Below, piece by piece: positions 26,360 through 39,345 of a DNA stretch of 64,000 nucleotides (position 1 is its first letter; every line of letters starts with the position of its first letter). The notes under the pieces are model-generated. The model did not search any database. It had not been told where the DNA came from and worked only from the letters and a program-made list of their open reading frames with translations. Source of the stretch: Octopus sinensis (Eukaryota); contig NC_043026.1 in the NCBI RefSeq assembly GCF_006345805.1, forward strand, positions 7,316,001-7,380,000, in the 5' to 3' direction. A program made the position numbers and the translations under genes.

Positions 26360-26862
26360 TACATATATACATACATCTTTTGCAGTGTGTATAAAATTAA
26401 TTAAAGCTTTACCAATGCATGGTGTTGCGTTTGTGAATATACATTGTGAATATACATATCTTTTTGGGTGTGTAGAAATGTGTCTATATACAGATTTGGG
26501 TATGTTTGTAATTCTAGTGTTTAAATTCATGTGAAATATGTATATTTAAAAACACACTATACATACATACATACATATATATATATATATAATGTGTGTG
26601 TGTGTAGAAATTCAGTGGTATGAAATAACCGTTACATGTCTGTATATTATGTGAGTGTATATATGGACATATATGTATATATAAGCAAACACATAGCTTG
26701 TGTTTCAATTAATTACATACATACGAAAATAATGTTTGTACAAATCATGCGACGTATAGGTATGTGTATAATACATATATATATATATATACATATATAA
26801 TATATATCTATATATACACACACACATATATTATATATATGTTAGCATGTGCTGCGATTTAC

Positions 26863-26901
<39 letters not shown>

Positions 26902-27837
26902 ATGATTAAGAGTGTCTCACGTGTGTATGTGTGTGTGTGTGTGTGTATATTACATATATACCATTTATATTCCTGGTTGTAACCTTTAAAATCGTGTTTA
27001 TGTTACATCAATGTTGCTTGTCTGACGATCCCTCACAAGCCATTATTCGGGCGTATATATATATGTATACACACACACATAGAATAAATATATATATATT
27101 ATATATATATATATTATATATACACACACATAAAATATATATATATGTGTGTGTGTGTGTGTGTAGGTATGTATATATATAGACTGGTCTTTGTGTGATG
27201 CAGTATTTAGTCCGGGAAATGCTCGACGCGGCGGCGGTGATCGTGGTGGTGGATGCGGCGGTGATAGTCACAACGGTGGTCGCGGTGGGAGGTATAATTG
27301 TAACGGGCGAGACGCGATCGAAGAGGGAGGCTGGCGTATTTCAGTCTCCTCTTCCTGCTACCACTGCTGCTATTATTATTACTACTACTACACGTGCGCG
27401 CGCGCGCGTTCATGCTGGCACATACATATATAGACACACACACACACACACAAGGCTTACTCACTCAAACACGTATACAGACACGCACACGCACTCGCAT
27501 GTTCTCACACTTACACCTACTTACAGTCTCTCACGCACACACTCACACTCCTATCCACGCGCACTCACACACATACATGCCCAGACCACACACACACACA
27601 CATTCGCACGCGCTCATGCTTTCACTCAGTCACACACACGTGCAACAAACACACTCACACACACACACACACTCACACACATACCCAGACCACACACACT
27701 CACACACAGACACACACACACACTCACACACACGACATACCCAGACCACACACACACACTCACACACAGACATACCTAGACCATACACACAAACACACGT
27801 GCAAACTCATTTCTCGATTCACTCACACACGAAGCAC

Positions 27838-28350
27838 CTGACATTTTCCCCGGGTTCGCTTCACGCTCGTTCCAGTCCGAACCACCCGTTGTACAGTCGA
27901 CCCTGTCCGTCGGGCAAACGGCGCTAAAATTTCACTCCGATTTGTAAATCCATGGACAGAATAAAGTTAAACACACAAAAAAACAACAACGGGAGTTGAT
28001 ACAAAAATAAATAGATTAATCGCCATATCCTATATAAAAGGATGGGTCCCTTTTAGAAAGAGCTGAAGAGAAAGGATCGTTATGGTGTTTGTCTTAATAC
28101 AAACCTCTTCTCGTTTGGTACTTTGGCTCTCTCGGAGACCGTCTGGCAGTAAATATGGGCTTTGTGCGATGGTTTCCAGTCATAATTTCGTCTTTTTTCG
28201 CCTCGCTTCAGTCTTCCACATGTCCATGGAAGTCGCTTGAATGGGTTTGCGACGGTAGCGCTTGTTGAACGAGAAAACATTCACCGGCTGCCGGTTCGAA
28301 TCCCTGTCGTACCCCTTCGCTTCATGCTGCTTCCACGATACCAACGTCTC
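27838..28350 (-). promoter_or_regulatory. Candidate CpG-rich first exon/5' UTR of a minus-strand gene
   Basis: Unique CpG-dense sequence downstream (minus) of a (GA)n/(GT)n block, ending at a possible donor CAG|GTGCTT; inference only. Confidence 0.35.
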
Positions 28351-28859
28351 TCTCTCTCTCTCTCTCTCTCTTGCAAATACACGCACATCCCCTCTCTCTC
28401 TCACACACATCTCTCTCTCTCTTTCACTCTCTCTCGCAAGCACACATCCTCTCTCACTCTCTCTCTCTCTCTCGCAAACACACATCCTCTCTCTCACACA
28501 TACACACACCCTGAATCTTTCTCTCATACACACACATCTTCTCTCCCTCACACACACACACACACTGTCTCTCCCACACTTATACTCTCTATCTTTCTCT
28601 CTCACATGCGCTGTCTTTCTCTATGACACACACACACTTTCTCTTTTTCTTTCTCTTTTCTCTCTCTTTCTCACTTTCCTTTTTAGCACCTTCACTATTG
28701 CTCTCCCTCTCTTTCTCTTTCCCTCCCTCTCTCTCTTTCTATCTCTCTAACGCGGTGGTTCCCAAAGTGGGAACAACTGCCCCCTTGGGGGAGGTGGAAA
28801 GACATGGAGGGTGAGGGGCGTTGAAGAAAAGTGGGATGGCCAAAATGGAGTGATGTCTC

Positions 28860-29073
28860 TTTTACTCTTTTACTTGTTTCAGTCATTTGACTGCAGCCAT
28901 GCTGGAGCACCACCTTTTAGTCGAGCAAATCGACCCCAGGACTTATTCTTTGGAAGCCTAGCACTTATTCTATTGGTCTCTTTTGCCGAAGCGCTAAGTT
29001 ACGGGGATGTAAACACACCACCATCGGTTGTCAAGCAATGTTGGTGGGGACAAACACAAACACACAAACATAT

Positions 29074-29124
<51 letters not shown>

Positions 29125-29303
29125 TATATATATATTTATACGACGAGCTTCTTTCAGTTTCCGTCTACCAAATCCATTCACAAGGCATTGGTCGGCCCGG
29201 GGCTATAGTAGAAGACACTTGCCCAAGATGCCACGCAGTGGGACTGAACCCGGAACCATGTGGTTTGTAAGCAAGCTACTTACCGCACAGCCACTCCTGC
29301 GCC
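28860..29303 (-). mobile_element. SINE family A, full length
   Basis: Colinear with 43601-44010. Confidence 0.9.
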
Positions 29304-30038
29304 TATGTAAAAAAACAGGTTAATATTGACATAATTACCTAGAAACGAAATCAAAAACAAAAAATAGTACAGCAGGTGTAAAAAAAAGGGCTGGGGGTAG
29401 GAAACGAATATAGAAACAAAAGTTTGCTCAAAGCAACGGCAGGGAGGAGAAAGGACTCACAAGATCTGAGTTTTTGCCTCATAACATTTAGGAAAATGGA
29501 ATTTTTTAATGAAATTTTATATAAATACCTTTCAAACAGCATACATTACGATTATAATGAAATTTCTGGGTAAAATCTTTTCCGAAGTGGGATGGGAGAA
29601 GACTTTGGAAGATTCACACGATACAGTTTTTTCCCTCGTAACTTTAAGGAAAATGGATATCTTTTAATGAAATTGTATATAATACCTTTCAAACGACATG
29701 CATTACGGATGCCTAATGAGCCGTAAACCCCTTATTTTTGTTCGGAAAAGGCGAGGGACCCCAATAAATGCGTTTTTGAAGGTGAGACATAAAACTGCAT
29801 TAACGACTTTTCTTTACGCAGATTTTAAGACAACATTTTTCAGAAATACCTTTTCTAGAGTGTGAATTACATTCGATTGAAAAATTCAAACGAGTTTGAA
29901 AAGAATAATAAGTGAAAATGCAGAAGTTATAAGAATTAGGGGTAACGAATCCTTACAAAAACACGTTAGTGTTTGTGTGTGTGTGAAACAAGTAAAATTA
30001 AAATATGAAAACAAAATATCTTTTACATACATATTATA

Positions 30039-30278
30039 GGCGCAGGAGTGGCTGTGTGGTAAGTAGCTTGCTTACCAACCACATGGTTCCGGGTTCAGTC
30101 CCACTGTGTGGCATCTTGGGCAAGTGTCTTCTGCTATAGCCTCGGGCCGACCAAAGCCTTGTGAGTGGATTTGGTAGACGGAAACTGAAAGAAGCCTGTC
30201 GTATATATGTATATATATGTGTGTGTATGTTTGTGTGTCTGTGTTTGTCGCCCTAGCATTGCTTGACAACCAATGCTG

Positions 30279-30280
<2 letters not shown>
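30039..30280 (+). mobile_element. SINE family A, 5' two thirds
   Basis: ggcgcaggagtggctgtgtggtaag... head. Confidence 0.88.
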
Positions 30281-30310
<30 letters not shown>

Positions 30311-30644
30311 TGCTTGGGTTTGTTTCGACCCTTTAGAATTGGAATTTTTGAAAAGTAAAAATTTTGCCTTATGTAGCTTGTTATTCTCTTTAAGTGAACA
30401 TTTTTCTGGTTGAAATACACCGAAAAATGGCGACACAGCAGTCAATAGAATACATATATATTCTTATTATTTACATCAAAAAGGTGCTTTTTCTCTATGA
30501 AAATCCCTATTTTTTACGATTTTTTTAAGGTTCTCATTTTGTTAAATGAATAAATAATCCAACATTCTAATATCAGAAAGTTGATGAACAAACTAAATTT
30601 CTTTCTCCATTTTCTTATTTATATATATGTATATATAGATATAT

Positions 30645-30830
30645 ATAGTTAATCCAAACATGAAAACACAAGGAGAAAACACAACAACGCGAGGACGCTC
30701 AGGAAGGAAGGGAAGAAGGAGGGTTTAACATTTCGAGCGGAGCTCTTCGTCGGAAACAGAAGGAAAGATCCAGAGAAGGGAAGACAGAGGAAAAAACATC
30801 GCCAACGTTACACACGCGGTCACATTTTGA
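30645..30830 (-). mobile_element. Second copy of the hammerhead-like element
   Basis: Minus strand GTTT-CCGACGA-A-GAGC-TCC-GCTC-GAAA-TG-TT-AAAC at 30723-30757. Confidence 0.65.
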
Positions 30831-32021
30831 ATATATATATAAAATACAAAATATACATTAAGTGAAAACTAAATACTATAATTTAATCTATATACATTAA
30901 ATTAAATTATTAATTAATTTATTTATTTTATAAACATCTAAATAAAAACTTATAATCATTAAGTAATTTATATTAAAAACCTTAATGTTAAGTAATATAC
31001 ATAATGTTAGTACAAGCTATAGATATTAGAATTAAAAATAGGAAATTGTTCAAATATATACACACCTATTAGATAAACTAGCTATATTATTAATATATAT
31101 GTAGTATCTATAGATTTAATGTTTTACTCAATTATATAGTTGACCAAAATATCAATTAATATTAATCTAATTTACTTAAATGTAATACTAGGTAATAAAT
31201 AGACCACCTAACTATTAAATAATATATTGTCTTACAAAACTATTTCTCAAATTCAATTATATGTAATACCTTAAATCACATTATAAAAATAATAAGAAAC
31301 ATAATAAAGAAATAGATTTACGTATCGTCACTAATAATTATCAAGAAATTATATATAAATGAATATTTTAACAACAATAATAATAATAATAATTGAACTT
31401 AATACAATTCAAACGTCAAATAATATTGTTAAATAAAAAACATTACTTAGCTTGCTGATGAAAATAATATGACTGAATTTTAAACATAAAAATGTAGGTC
31501 TTAGCATTTGTAAGAAATTATACTCGTGAAGACACTGTGTGAATATATTATTTAACATTAAGGTTTTTAATATAAATTATTTAATGTGTTACGTTTTGAG
31601 CCTATGCTCTTCAGCGGAAAGGAACACAGAAATAAACAGGGAGAGAAATTAAAACAGGTTTAGTGACCAGTGATCTATCATGTCTATATGTATATATATA
31701 TATATACATATGTATAAATGCATATATATGCTTCTACGTACACAAACACAAAGGTCGGGCACGGATCATCTTACATGTGGCTGTATCAAATATACTGCAG
31801 GCATGTCAGGAATTAGAACTCACTGCAATAGCATTTGCCAAGGATATATTTTCAGTCTTTGCAGGGTGATGAATCAATGTTGACGTGTCAAAATCTGCTG
31901 AACTTTATAGATTGTACATACGATATGAGGACTTGAGTTCTGCATTAATAGAATGAGGTCAAAATAAGGAGAAAACACACACACATTTTCAAATATGCAT
32001 TTATGTGTGTATTTTTATATA

Positions 32022-32866
32022 TAGGGTGCAATGGGTAAATTGTCGCGATTTTGTATTTTAAATTTCACACATGCACATTGTTTGTTTTTGATTTTGTCGA
32101 CTACACAGTATAGTAGGGTCAGTTGGGCACCGTCTGTGAGGAAAACAGCACCATGATGCAAATTTACTCTGCCAGACATTTGGAAATGACATGCTGTACT
32201 GCTTGGCATCAGAGCGTTTGGGTGTCAATCTGAGGACACGTAAAGAGAGCGATAAAAATCAAACATCCAGTCAACATCATGGTGTTTGTAGTGATCACTA
32301 GTGATGGTGACATTATGCATCGATTCATCTTCCCACATGGCCTCAGACTCAACACGGAGGCCTACATCAAGTGCCTGGAGGAAGTAGTGCTGCCCTGGGT
32401 CAAGAGAGTGGCTGCTGGTAAACCCTATGTCTGGCAACAGGACTCTGCACCATGTTACATAAGCAGGAGAACCCAGTCATGGCTGTCAGACAATTTCTGC
32501 GACCACGTCACCCCAAACATCTGGCCACCTAACTCCCTAAACAACAAAACCCCTGATTATTATGTGTGGGGCACAGTTGATCAAGAGACCAACAAAACTC
32601 CTCGTAACACCAAAGGTGAACTGAAGGCAAGGATTATGGCAGCATTTCACCAACTGTAAAAAGGAGACCATCCTGAAACTTGCAGGATATTCCAAAATCG
32701 TCTGGAGGCCATGGTTGAAGCCAATGGCAATTTTATTGAATAAATTTACTCTTTAGTATTTCAAGATATTTTTATGTAGTTTTGATAAATGTATCTGTTA
32801 AAATGAGATGTCTGTGTTATTTTCATTTTTGTGTAATTTAGACAACAATTTATTCACCACACCCTC
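32022..32866 (+). mobile_element. Internally deleted Tc1/mariner element, DD37D (maT-type) transposase relic (ORF 32279-32659)
   Basis: YVWQQDSAP...WPPNS...DYYVW with 37 residues between the two Asp; imperfect TIRs agggtg..gggtaaattgt / acaatttattc..caccct. Confidence 0.85.
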
Positions 32867-32883
32867 TGTGTGTGTGTGTGTAT

Positions 32884-33269
32884 ATATATATAAAAGTGAA
32901 GTTGTGTGAGTGTCTGTCTCCTACGATTTAGATTCCTAACTACTCCCACATTTTGCGGTGCAGTTTAACCAAAACCGGGTATCTTATAGTCGTGATTCAT
33001 ATTGAGCACTTCTGGGTATTAGCGCACGTCTACGATTTAAAAAAAATTACCATCATTTTTTTCCATTTTAATGCATTTTTTCGCTATTATATAAGGGAAG
33101 TAACTCTCTAAAAATGTCTACGATGAGTCAACGATTAAAAAAAAAATTTACCATCATTTTTTTTCCATTTTTAATGCATTTTTTTGCTATTTTTTGGCTA
33201 TAACTCTCTAAAAATGCTTATATAGTTATTTCCCTTACAAACCCGAGCAACGCCGGGCAATACTGCTAG
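32884..33269 (+). mobile_element. Non-autonomous Helitron (family H2)
   Basis: 5' TATATAAAAGTGAAGTTG, 3' hairpin CCCGAGCAACGCCGGG + CTAG|T; same ends as H1 with a different interior. Confidence 0.8.
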
Positions 33270-33429
33270 TATATATATATAAATTTAACTAAATCAAGGA
33301 TATAAATCCTCTGAAAGGATGTTGTACAGTGAAACTCTACACCCTTCCTGGTAAACAGGAGCAGTAAGCAACCCTTACAAAGAGACGAGCAGAAGGGGAT
33401 CTTTTCACTTTGACCGGCAGATTTCAAAA

Positions 33430-33600
33430 ATAATTTTTTGTAACTAAACACTTTTAAACTTCGTATTCTGGTAGAATGTGTCACATAAAACATCTTTTTC
33501 TCTTGGCATTCTTGAGAAAATTCTGTAGTTTGTAAGCTATTTCTTGTTTAATTTTTCATATTTCAGCAATTTCAACCAATCAATGACATCTATTGAGGTG
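33430..33600. mobile_element. Unclassified repeat fragment
   Basis: Reverse-complement similarity to 22960-23100. Confidence 0.55.
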
Positions 33601-33604
33601 AATA

Positions 33605-33618
33605 CAGATAGATAGAAT

Positions 33619-33668
<50 letters not shown>

Positions 33669-33860
33669 CATTGATAGATAGTCAGACAGACAGACAGACA
33701 GATGGGCAGACAGATAGATAGATAGATTAGTAGATAGATAGATAGGTTGACTGACAGACAGAGAGACAGACAGGCAGACAGACAAACCGATAGACAGATT
33801 GACAGACAGACAAACAGACTGGCAGACAGACGCATAGATAAATAGATAGACAGCTAGACA
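33605..33860. repeat. (GATA)n/(GACA)n microsatellite
   Basis: Direct observation. Confidence 0.95.
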
Positions 33861-34193
33861 AACAAGCAATTAGAAAGATAGATTGCCAGAATGGCAGAAT
33901 TAAAGGATGAGGGAGGGGGGAGGTACGGAGGAAGAGGGTGAAGAGACTTGAGAGACGTTCTAAAGAATAACAGAATATAAAAAACAAACACTAAGAAAGA
34001 AAGCGGAGCAATAGAATATGTTTGTGGAAATGTGAGAGCAACAACAGCTGTGTGAGGTGCGGTGGGAGGTAGAAGACAATAGAGGTTGTGGAATGTCTGA
34101 GAGAGAGAGAGAGAGAAAGGAAGGGAGGGGAGGTGAAGTAGAGATATCATGAGAGGGAAAGAGAGAGTGATAGATATTTTACACACATATGCA

Positions 34194-34233
<40 letters not shown>

Positions 34234-34756
34234 GGTCCCGGGTTGAGTCGGGGTTAACCACAGTAAATAAGGTACTCAATACATTGCAGAGTAAAGTAAT
34301 TTATCCAGAAAAATGCATGTGCACTTTGTACCAAAAAAGCCAGCTGGCCTGAAATAATGCCACAAAATGGGACGGTCGGACAGGTTGTTTTGAGAAAATT
34401 TGGTTTAAATGTTTGACAACTCAGCACTGTCCATTGGGCCGGGGGGAGGGGCCTTTTGCTCGTAATATATATTAGTGACAGAAGCTGCATTAATATCAAG
34501 AAGTAATATCTATCCCCACTTAAACGTAGATGTCCTGTTAGAACAAACTATACTGTGGTAGATACCAAACTTACATATTGGCTTTTGGTGTAAAATGCAC
34601 TCTTGTTTCTATTGATCCCATCAATGATGGACCCCTTACTGCCAGAGATAACAGTGACACGTTACCCGGCCAGCAATACATAAAAGTAAATACTAGTAAA
34701 TACTTTTGCTGCCATTTCGACTTCGTATCTCATGGAGATTATAATTCATTTAATGG

Positions 34757-35345
34757 TGATACGTAAAAGCACCAACCGGTCGTGGCCGTTTGCCAACCTG
34801 CTCTGGCCCCTGTGCCGGTAGCACGTAAAAAGCACCCACTACACTCACAGAGTGGTTGGCATTAGGAAGGGCATCCAGCTGTAGAAACACTGCCAGATCA
34901 GATTGGAGCCTGGTGCAGCCTCCATGGCTTACCAGACCCCGGTCGAACTGTCCAACCCATGCTAGCATGGAAAATGGACGTTAAATGATGATGATGACTG
35001 CTAATATAATTATATCGCCATTTCATCATCATCATCATGATCATCGTTTAACGTCCGTTCTCCATGCTAGCATGGGTTGGATGGTTCGACCGGGGATCTG
35101 GGAAGCCAGTAGGTTGCACCAACTCCAGTCTTATCTGGCAATATTTCTACAGCTGGATGCCCTTCCCAACGCCAACCACTCCGTGAGTGTAGTGGGTGCT
35201 TTTTACGTGCCACTTGCACAGGTGCCAGGCGAGGCTGGCAACGACCACGGTCGGATTGGTGTATTTTACGTGCCACCGGCATGGAAACCAGTCGAGGCGG
35301 CGCTGGCATCGGCCACGAGTCGGATAGTGCTTTTTACGTACCACT
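34757..35345. mobile_element. Two family C SINEs tail-to-tail (+ 34757-34997; - 35023-35345)
   Basis: (GAT)n tail followed ~25 bp later by (CAT)n and the reverse-complement body. Confidence 0.88.
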
Positions 35346-35992
35346 AGACCAGGGATCCTGGCTGGTTCAATTCGATTATATTATATAATTAGTTAAACAC
35401 AGTAGATATTACAAATAGAAAGAAAAAACAAACAACCTCAAAACTGAATATTACAAGTATTCGGTTGAATTACACAAAAACATTTTCTTAATTTAACAAA
35501 TGAAATTATCTCTAAATTTCCTTTTTGTAGTGGTGGGGAGTTTCATATATACTTTAGATCACTTTCTTTTTATTATGAAATAAAATTTAGTCATGTTATA
35601 TACCAATAACCTAATGACACAGTGACCTTCAGACTAAACAAAATGTTAGGTGCTCATAGGAAAGAGATATAGATAACTAAATCAATTGGTGCTTCTTTTC
35701 TTGACTACAGGAGAATGAACCGAAAAATGGATCATGGCAAGATTTAAATTCAGAACAAGGACAGATAAAACTAAATAATTAAAAGCAATTAATTCAAGAT
35801 TTTCAGCCAACTTGTCACCCCCAGTTATTTACTTAGTTTAAATTATTTAATCTGATATTTTATTTAAGACATTTATCATACATAATATAACAAAGAAAGA
35901 TATAGGCATGACTGTGTAGCAAAGACATTAGGTTTATATGAAAGGATTAAAGTAATTGGGATTATCTTTTATGCCACAGTTAAGCTAATATA

Positions 35993-37220
35993 TTGGATCA
36001 TCCCATAAATAATGTGGGTTTTTTTATGCTTCTCTAATCTTTCAAAACTAAGATAAAGAAATTTCTTTTTTAATCTAAAATATACTCTCCTTCATTTTCT
36101 ATAATGCTTTTCCATCTATCTAGTAGACTAGCAAAGCCCCTCCTCCAAAATTCACTTGTCAGTGATTAAAAATACTCCTCCAGTGCTGTTCTGACTTAGT
36201 CTACAGAATTCATATTTTTTCTGTCCAAATGATTTTGAAGACTGAGGAATAAATGATAATCAGATGGGGCAATGTCCAGTGAACACAGTGGGTGGTGCAT
36301 CGTTTCCCATTCAAACTGCTCCAGCCTTTGGAATGTCATCCTCACTGTATGTGGCTGAGCATTACCCAAAAATGGTTGTTTTTCTTCTAGCACAGACTTA
36401 AGCCGCTCAAGCTGCTTGCAGTAGATCTCCTTTGTTATCATTTGGTTTGGGTTTAAAAGTTGAAAGTGAACTGAACCTTTCATATCCCACCAAACAGATA
36501 ACACTTTAAGTGAGAGAAAACCTTCAAAAGTCTAAGGTGCCGGTGTTTCTCCTTTCCCTACCCACTGTCTTCAGTGCTTCACATTTTTATAGAGAACCCA
36601 TTTCTTTTCACCAGTTACTATTCATTCCAAAAAAAGGCTCATTTCTGAGACATGACAGCAAAGAACACACATTTACTCTCTGTGTGTGATTAGACTCGGA
36701 AAGTTTGTAACAAACCCACTGACCCAATTTGCTAACTTTTTCGATGGCACACAGGTGTCACTGAATGGTTGAATGACCAAATCCAAGCTTCTCTGCTAGT
36801 TCCTCAACAGTTACGATGGGACTTTGTTCCACCAGGGTTTGCAGGACGTCCTTGCCAAGCTCTACAGATCTTCCAGGACGAGGCTCATCTTCCAGGCTGT
36901 AGTTTCCGGCTTGAAATTTCTGGAACCGCCGTTGACACTGGCTTACGCTTATTGTCCGATCTCCATATACTACATTAATAATCCTTGCACTTTCCGTTGC
37001 GATGTTGCCTTTATTGAACTCATAAAGCAAAATATGCTCCTTTGTCACTTTCGTTATAGCTTTGAAAAAGTAACTTAAAATTGAACTGCACTAAGAATAA
37101 GTACAAAGTAAAATTACTATCTGCTTTTATAGCAAGTTGATGCAGGTAGTTTATCCTGTCCCCCTCCGAGTTTTAGTTCATGCAATTGAAAAAAACTGCA
37201 TTATTTATGGGATGGCCCAA
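35993..37220 (-). mobile_element. Near full-length degenerate mariner element
   Basis: TA-flanked TIRs ttggatcatcccataaataatg / cattatttatgggatggcccaa; LLYEFNKG..VYGD..LEDEPRPGR, MLSVWWDMKG, LDIAPSDYHLF; multiple frameshifts. Confidence 0.92.
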
Positions 37221-37440
37221 TATATAATTTACAAAACAGGATATTCCATAAAGTAAAATATAAACATAGAAACATAGAAACCAGTCCTTTCAGTGCATGG
37301 CACCTTGGGAAGTTGTCTTATACCATACCATAGTCTCAGGTCAATCAGAGCTTTATGAGTGGATTTGGTAGGCAGAAACTGAAAGAAGCCTTGTGTGTAT
37401 GTGTACACACATGCACATGTGCATGGTATGTAGGCCTTTG

Positions 37441-37703
37441 GGGTAGAAAGGGCTCCTTAGCCGTAGTGAAGGCAATCTATCTAGGGAGATAACCTTACAA
37501 TAAATCACTGGGTCCGTAGCTTAGAAATACTGGGTTGACGTCCAGCGGGAACAGCTTTGTTTCATGGAGGAGGAAAGATCTTCTTTAGTACTTGGTTGTA
37601 CAATGCTTTCCAATGTGTGTAGTAGTGGCGCGCACACACATTATTAGCCATTTGAAAAGACTATGAAAGTCTCGACCACGGTCGAACAATGATGATGATG
37701 ATG
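37441..37703 (+). mobile_element. Young ~260 bp non-autonomous retroposon, copy 1
   Basis: TSD aggcctttg (37432-37440 / 37704-37712), (ATG)n tail, near-identical to 40933-41180. Confidence 0.9.
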
Positions 37704-38009
37704 AGGCCTTTGGAAGTATGCTGTGCATGAGAAGACCTGGCAGGACAAGTGAGACCATAACCCATGGCCTCTACCTGGGATGTAGCCAGCCCACTTATGC
37801 ATATCTTTCCTTCTTGGGACACAAAACTCTGCTTGCGAAGACCTGTTGAGGCAAGTGAAATCGAAATTGCTCAAAATCAATGGAAATATTTTTGCATTCT
37901 CTTCTAATAAGAAACATTCTGTCATTCACTCAAAGACTCAAAGACACTTTTGCTGCCTGCCAAGTAATTTATAAAAATTGCTAGCAAGATATATATATAT
38001 GTGTGTGTG

Positions 38010-38056
<47 letters not shown>

Positions 38057-38126
38057 ATATTAGGGAGTAAATCCAAACTTACAGGGAAAAACTAGATTTA
38101 GTATTAAATCAAATTTCACAGTATAA

Positions 38127-38199
38127 ATATAAATTAAATTAGAGATAAAACCACTATTGATTTGCCTAATAGTGGTTTTATCTCTAATTCAATTTATAT
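38127..38199. repeat. Short palindrome (~32 bp arms)
   Basis: ataaattaaattagagataaaaccactatt / aatagtggttttatctctaattcaatttat. Confidence 0.85.
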
Positions 38200-38217
38200 A
38201 TATATATATATATATAT

Positions 38218-38420
38218 GGTTAATCCAAACATGAAAACACAACAACGCGAGGACGTGGAACAAGTATAGTGTTATTGGACGCTCAGGAAAGGAAAGAAAG
38301 AAGGAGGATTTAATGTTTCGAGTCGGAGCTCTTCATCAAAAACATAGGAAAAGGAAAGATCCAAAGAAGGGAAGACGGAGGAAAAAAAATCGCCAACAGT
38401 ACACACGCGGTCACATATTG
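38218..38420 (-). mobile_element. Third copy of the hammerhead-like element
   Basis: Minus strand GTTT-TTGATGA-AGAGCTCCGACTC-GAAA-CA-TT-AAAT at 38308-38343. Confidence 0.6.
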
Positions 38421-38526
38421 AATGACCAGAAGGGAATGGGTGAATAAAAAGTTCTTTCAAAGACAGGAGAGTGCAAGAGGACGTATGTGTGTGTAAGTGT
38501 GGATATGTGCGTGCGCTCAGGTCTGC

Positions 38527-38562
<36 letters not shown>

Positions 38563-38956
38563 TCATCATCATCATCGTTTAACGTCCGTTCTCCATGTTA
38601 GCATGGGTTGGACGGTTCGACCGGGGATCTGGGAAGCCAGAAGGCTGCACCAGGCTCCAATCTTATCTGGCAATGTTTCTACAGCTGGATGTCCTTCCTA
38701 ACGCCAACCACTCCGTGAGTGTAGTGGGTGGTATATATATACATATATGTGTGTGTGTGTTGGTAAATGTAATATGTGACAATTATTTGGTAGCAAAGAT
38801 AAAACTCTGAGTTTTGGATGTCGAGGTGGAAATCCATGCCACCATCTCTTCAGTTATCTGGCCATCGGAAAAATGCTATGAAAAATGACCATTATACATA
38901 CATAAGTTAATAATCTATGAATGCTTATGAATAAAAGTATAACTTTTTATATATAC

Positions 38957-39345
38957 GTGGCTGTGTGATAAGAAGCTTACTTCTCAACCACATGGTTCCG
39001 GGTTCAATCCCACTGCGTGGTGCCTTGGTCAAATGTCTTCTATTATAGCCTCAGGTCAATCCCTGTAAGTGAATTTGGTAGACAGAAACTGAAAGAAGCC
39101 CAACTTATGTGTATGTGTGTGTGAGTGTGTTTGTGTGTCTGTGTTTGTAGCCCCACTATGGCTTAACGACCGATGTTGGTGTGTTTACATCTCCATAACT
39201 TAGCAGTTTGACAAAGGTGACCGATAAAATAATACTAGGCTAGGGTTACAGAGAATAAGTCCTGGGGTCGATTTCTTCGACTAAAAGGCAATGCTCCGGC
39301 ATGGCCACAGTCAAATGACAGAAACAAGTAAAAGAATAAATGAAT
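38957..39345 (+). mobile_element. SINE family A, diverged
   Basis: Colinear with 43601-44010. Confidence 0.82.

Noticed and set aside
27195-27927. 194 aa and 177 aa ORFs with hydrophobic N-terminus
   Set aside because: Largely (CA)n microsatellite; the low-complexity GGT/GCG stretch has no recognisable domain
34570-34740. Minus-strand signal-peptide-like frame MAAKVFTSIYFYVLLAG and GTAAGT donor
   Set aside because: Too short, no acceptor or partner exon identifiable; compatible with chance
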